26,007 nucleotides of DNA from Crocinitomicaceae bacterium (GTDB taxonomy: Bacteria > Bacteroidota > Bacteroidia > Flavobacteriales_D > Crocinitomicaceae). The notes under the pieces were generated by a model. That model was not told where the DNA came from, searched no databases, and saw nothing but the letters and a program-made list of their open reading frames with translations. Made by a program: the position numbers and the translations under genes. Positions within the stretch are counted from its first letter, which is position 1; the number at the start of each line of letters is the position of its first letter. Shown here piece after piece: positions 25,366 to 26,007 of this stretch. The DNA lies in contig JAURNA010000276.1 of NCBI GenBank assembly GCA_030830385.1, forward strand, positions 1-26,007, given 5' to 3'.

Positions 25366-26007
25366 ATGGCTCAAAAGAAGCGGGCAGTTGTTTCTGTAAC
25401 GAACGATTTGTACACCGATCAGCGCGTGCACAAAGTGTGCCTGTTTCTCCTGGATCAGGGCTACGATGTCCTTTTAATCGGTCGAAAACGAAGATCAAGT
25501 ATTCCGTTACCTGAGCGGCCTTATCAAACCAAACGCATTCGATTGTTGTTTGAGAAGGGAGCGCTGTTTTATGCCTTTTTCAATGTGCGATTGTTCTTTC
25601 GCCTGCTTTTTACCCGTGCCGATGTTCTGGTTTCCAATGACCTTGACACACTCCCTGCCAATTACAGCGCGTCACGATTCAAACGTGGCGTTCGACTCGT
25701 TTACGATTCGCACGAGTACTTTACCGGAGTGCCCGAGTTGGTATCGAGGCCGAAGGTTCAAAAAATATGGCTGTACATCGAGCGCAACATATTCCCTAAA
25801 CTGAAATCTGTTTACACCGTCAATCAGTCAATTGCGGATATCTATGAGAAAAAGTACCGTGTTCCTGTAAAGATCGTTCGTAACATTTCTCCCAAACAGA
25901 TTCAATCGGAAATTGCCTCGAAAGCCGAGTTGGATATTCCGGAGAACGTGCCTTTGATCATCATTCAGGGCGTCGGGATCAACATTCAGCGTGGAGCAGA
26001 GGAAGCC
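25366..26007 (+). CDS. Glycosyltransferase family 4 (GT-B), 3'-truncated by the window edge
   Basis: Open frame of 214 codons with no stop, missing from the ORF track: MAQKKRAVVSVTNDLYTDQRVHK...VSNDLDTL...LVYDSHEYF...VYTVNQSIA...IIIQGVGINIQRG. These are GT4 N-domain motifs. Confidence 0.88.
   Translation, partial: MAQKKRAVVSVTNDLYTDQRVHKVCLFLLDQGYDVLLIGRKRRSSIPLPERPYQTKRIRLLFEKGALFYAFFNVRLFFRLLFTRADVLVSNDLDTLPANYSASRFKRGVRLVYDSHEYFTGVPELVSRPKVQKIWLYIERNIFPKLKSVYTVNQSIADIYEKKYRVPVKIVRNISPKQIQSEIASKAELDIPENVPLIIIQGVGINIQRGAEEA

Noticed and set aside
208-25804. Many 60-170 aa ORFs overlapping the called genes, for example 208-684, 6488-6961, 8471-8944, 10845-11318, 21388-21852 and 24007-24441.
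   Set aside because: They are shadow frames of well-supported genes, with no recognisable motifs.
1-26007. CRISPR arrays, tRNA/rRNA, prophage, DGR/retron or defence genes.
   Set aside because: By eye I found no regularly spaced repeats, cloverleaf or rRNA signatures, reverse transcriptase, nuclease or phage genes. A tRNAscan or Infernal run would be needed to exclude small ncRNAs.

Overview
This window looks like a mostly housekeeping chromosomal segment from a Bacteroidota, probably Flavobacteriales. That call is an inference from the T9SS C-terminal domains, TAnnTTTG -7 promoter motifs, Gln-after-signal-peptide pattern and gene order. Left to right it holds: 5'-truncated PBP1A, scoA, scoB (+); a frameshifted small membrane ORF (-); nadD, gmk, yicC and a DMT transporter (-); a T9SS-secreted adhesin-like gene (-) with an intact IS1595-family element (13-bp TIR, 8-bp TSD) inserted in its promoter region; a tightly packed six-gene (-) operon (kynU, 73-aa membrane protein, kmo, putative outer-membrane protein, ArsC/Spx-family protein, disordered lipoprotein) preceded by an unannotated 35-aa membrane sORF; hemL (+); two small exported proteins (-); a YbdL-type aminotransferase and omega-amidase (+); a second, paralogous T9SS protein (+); fbp, mfd (+); and a 3'-truncated GT4 glycosyltransferase (+) missing from the ORF track. 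I saw no rRNA, tRNA, CRISPR array, prophage or defence system. I cannot show a clearly new system from the sequence alone. The best candidate is the kynurenine operon with its translationally coupled, uncharacterised envelope proteins. All family calls come from motif recognition, not database searches.
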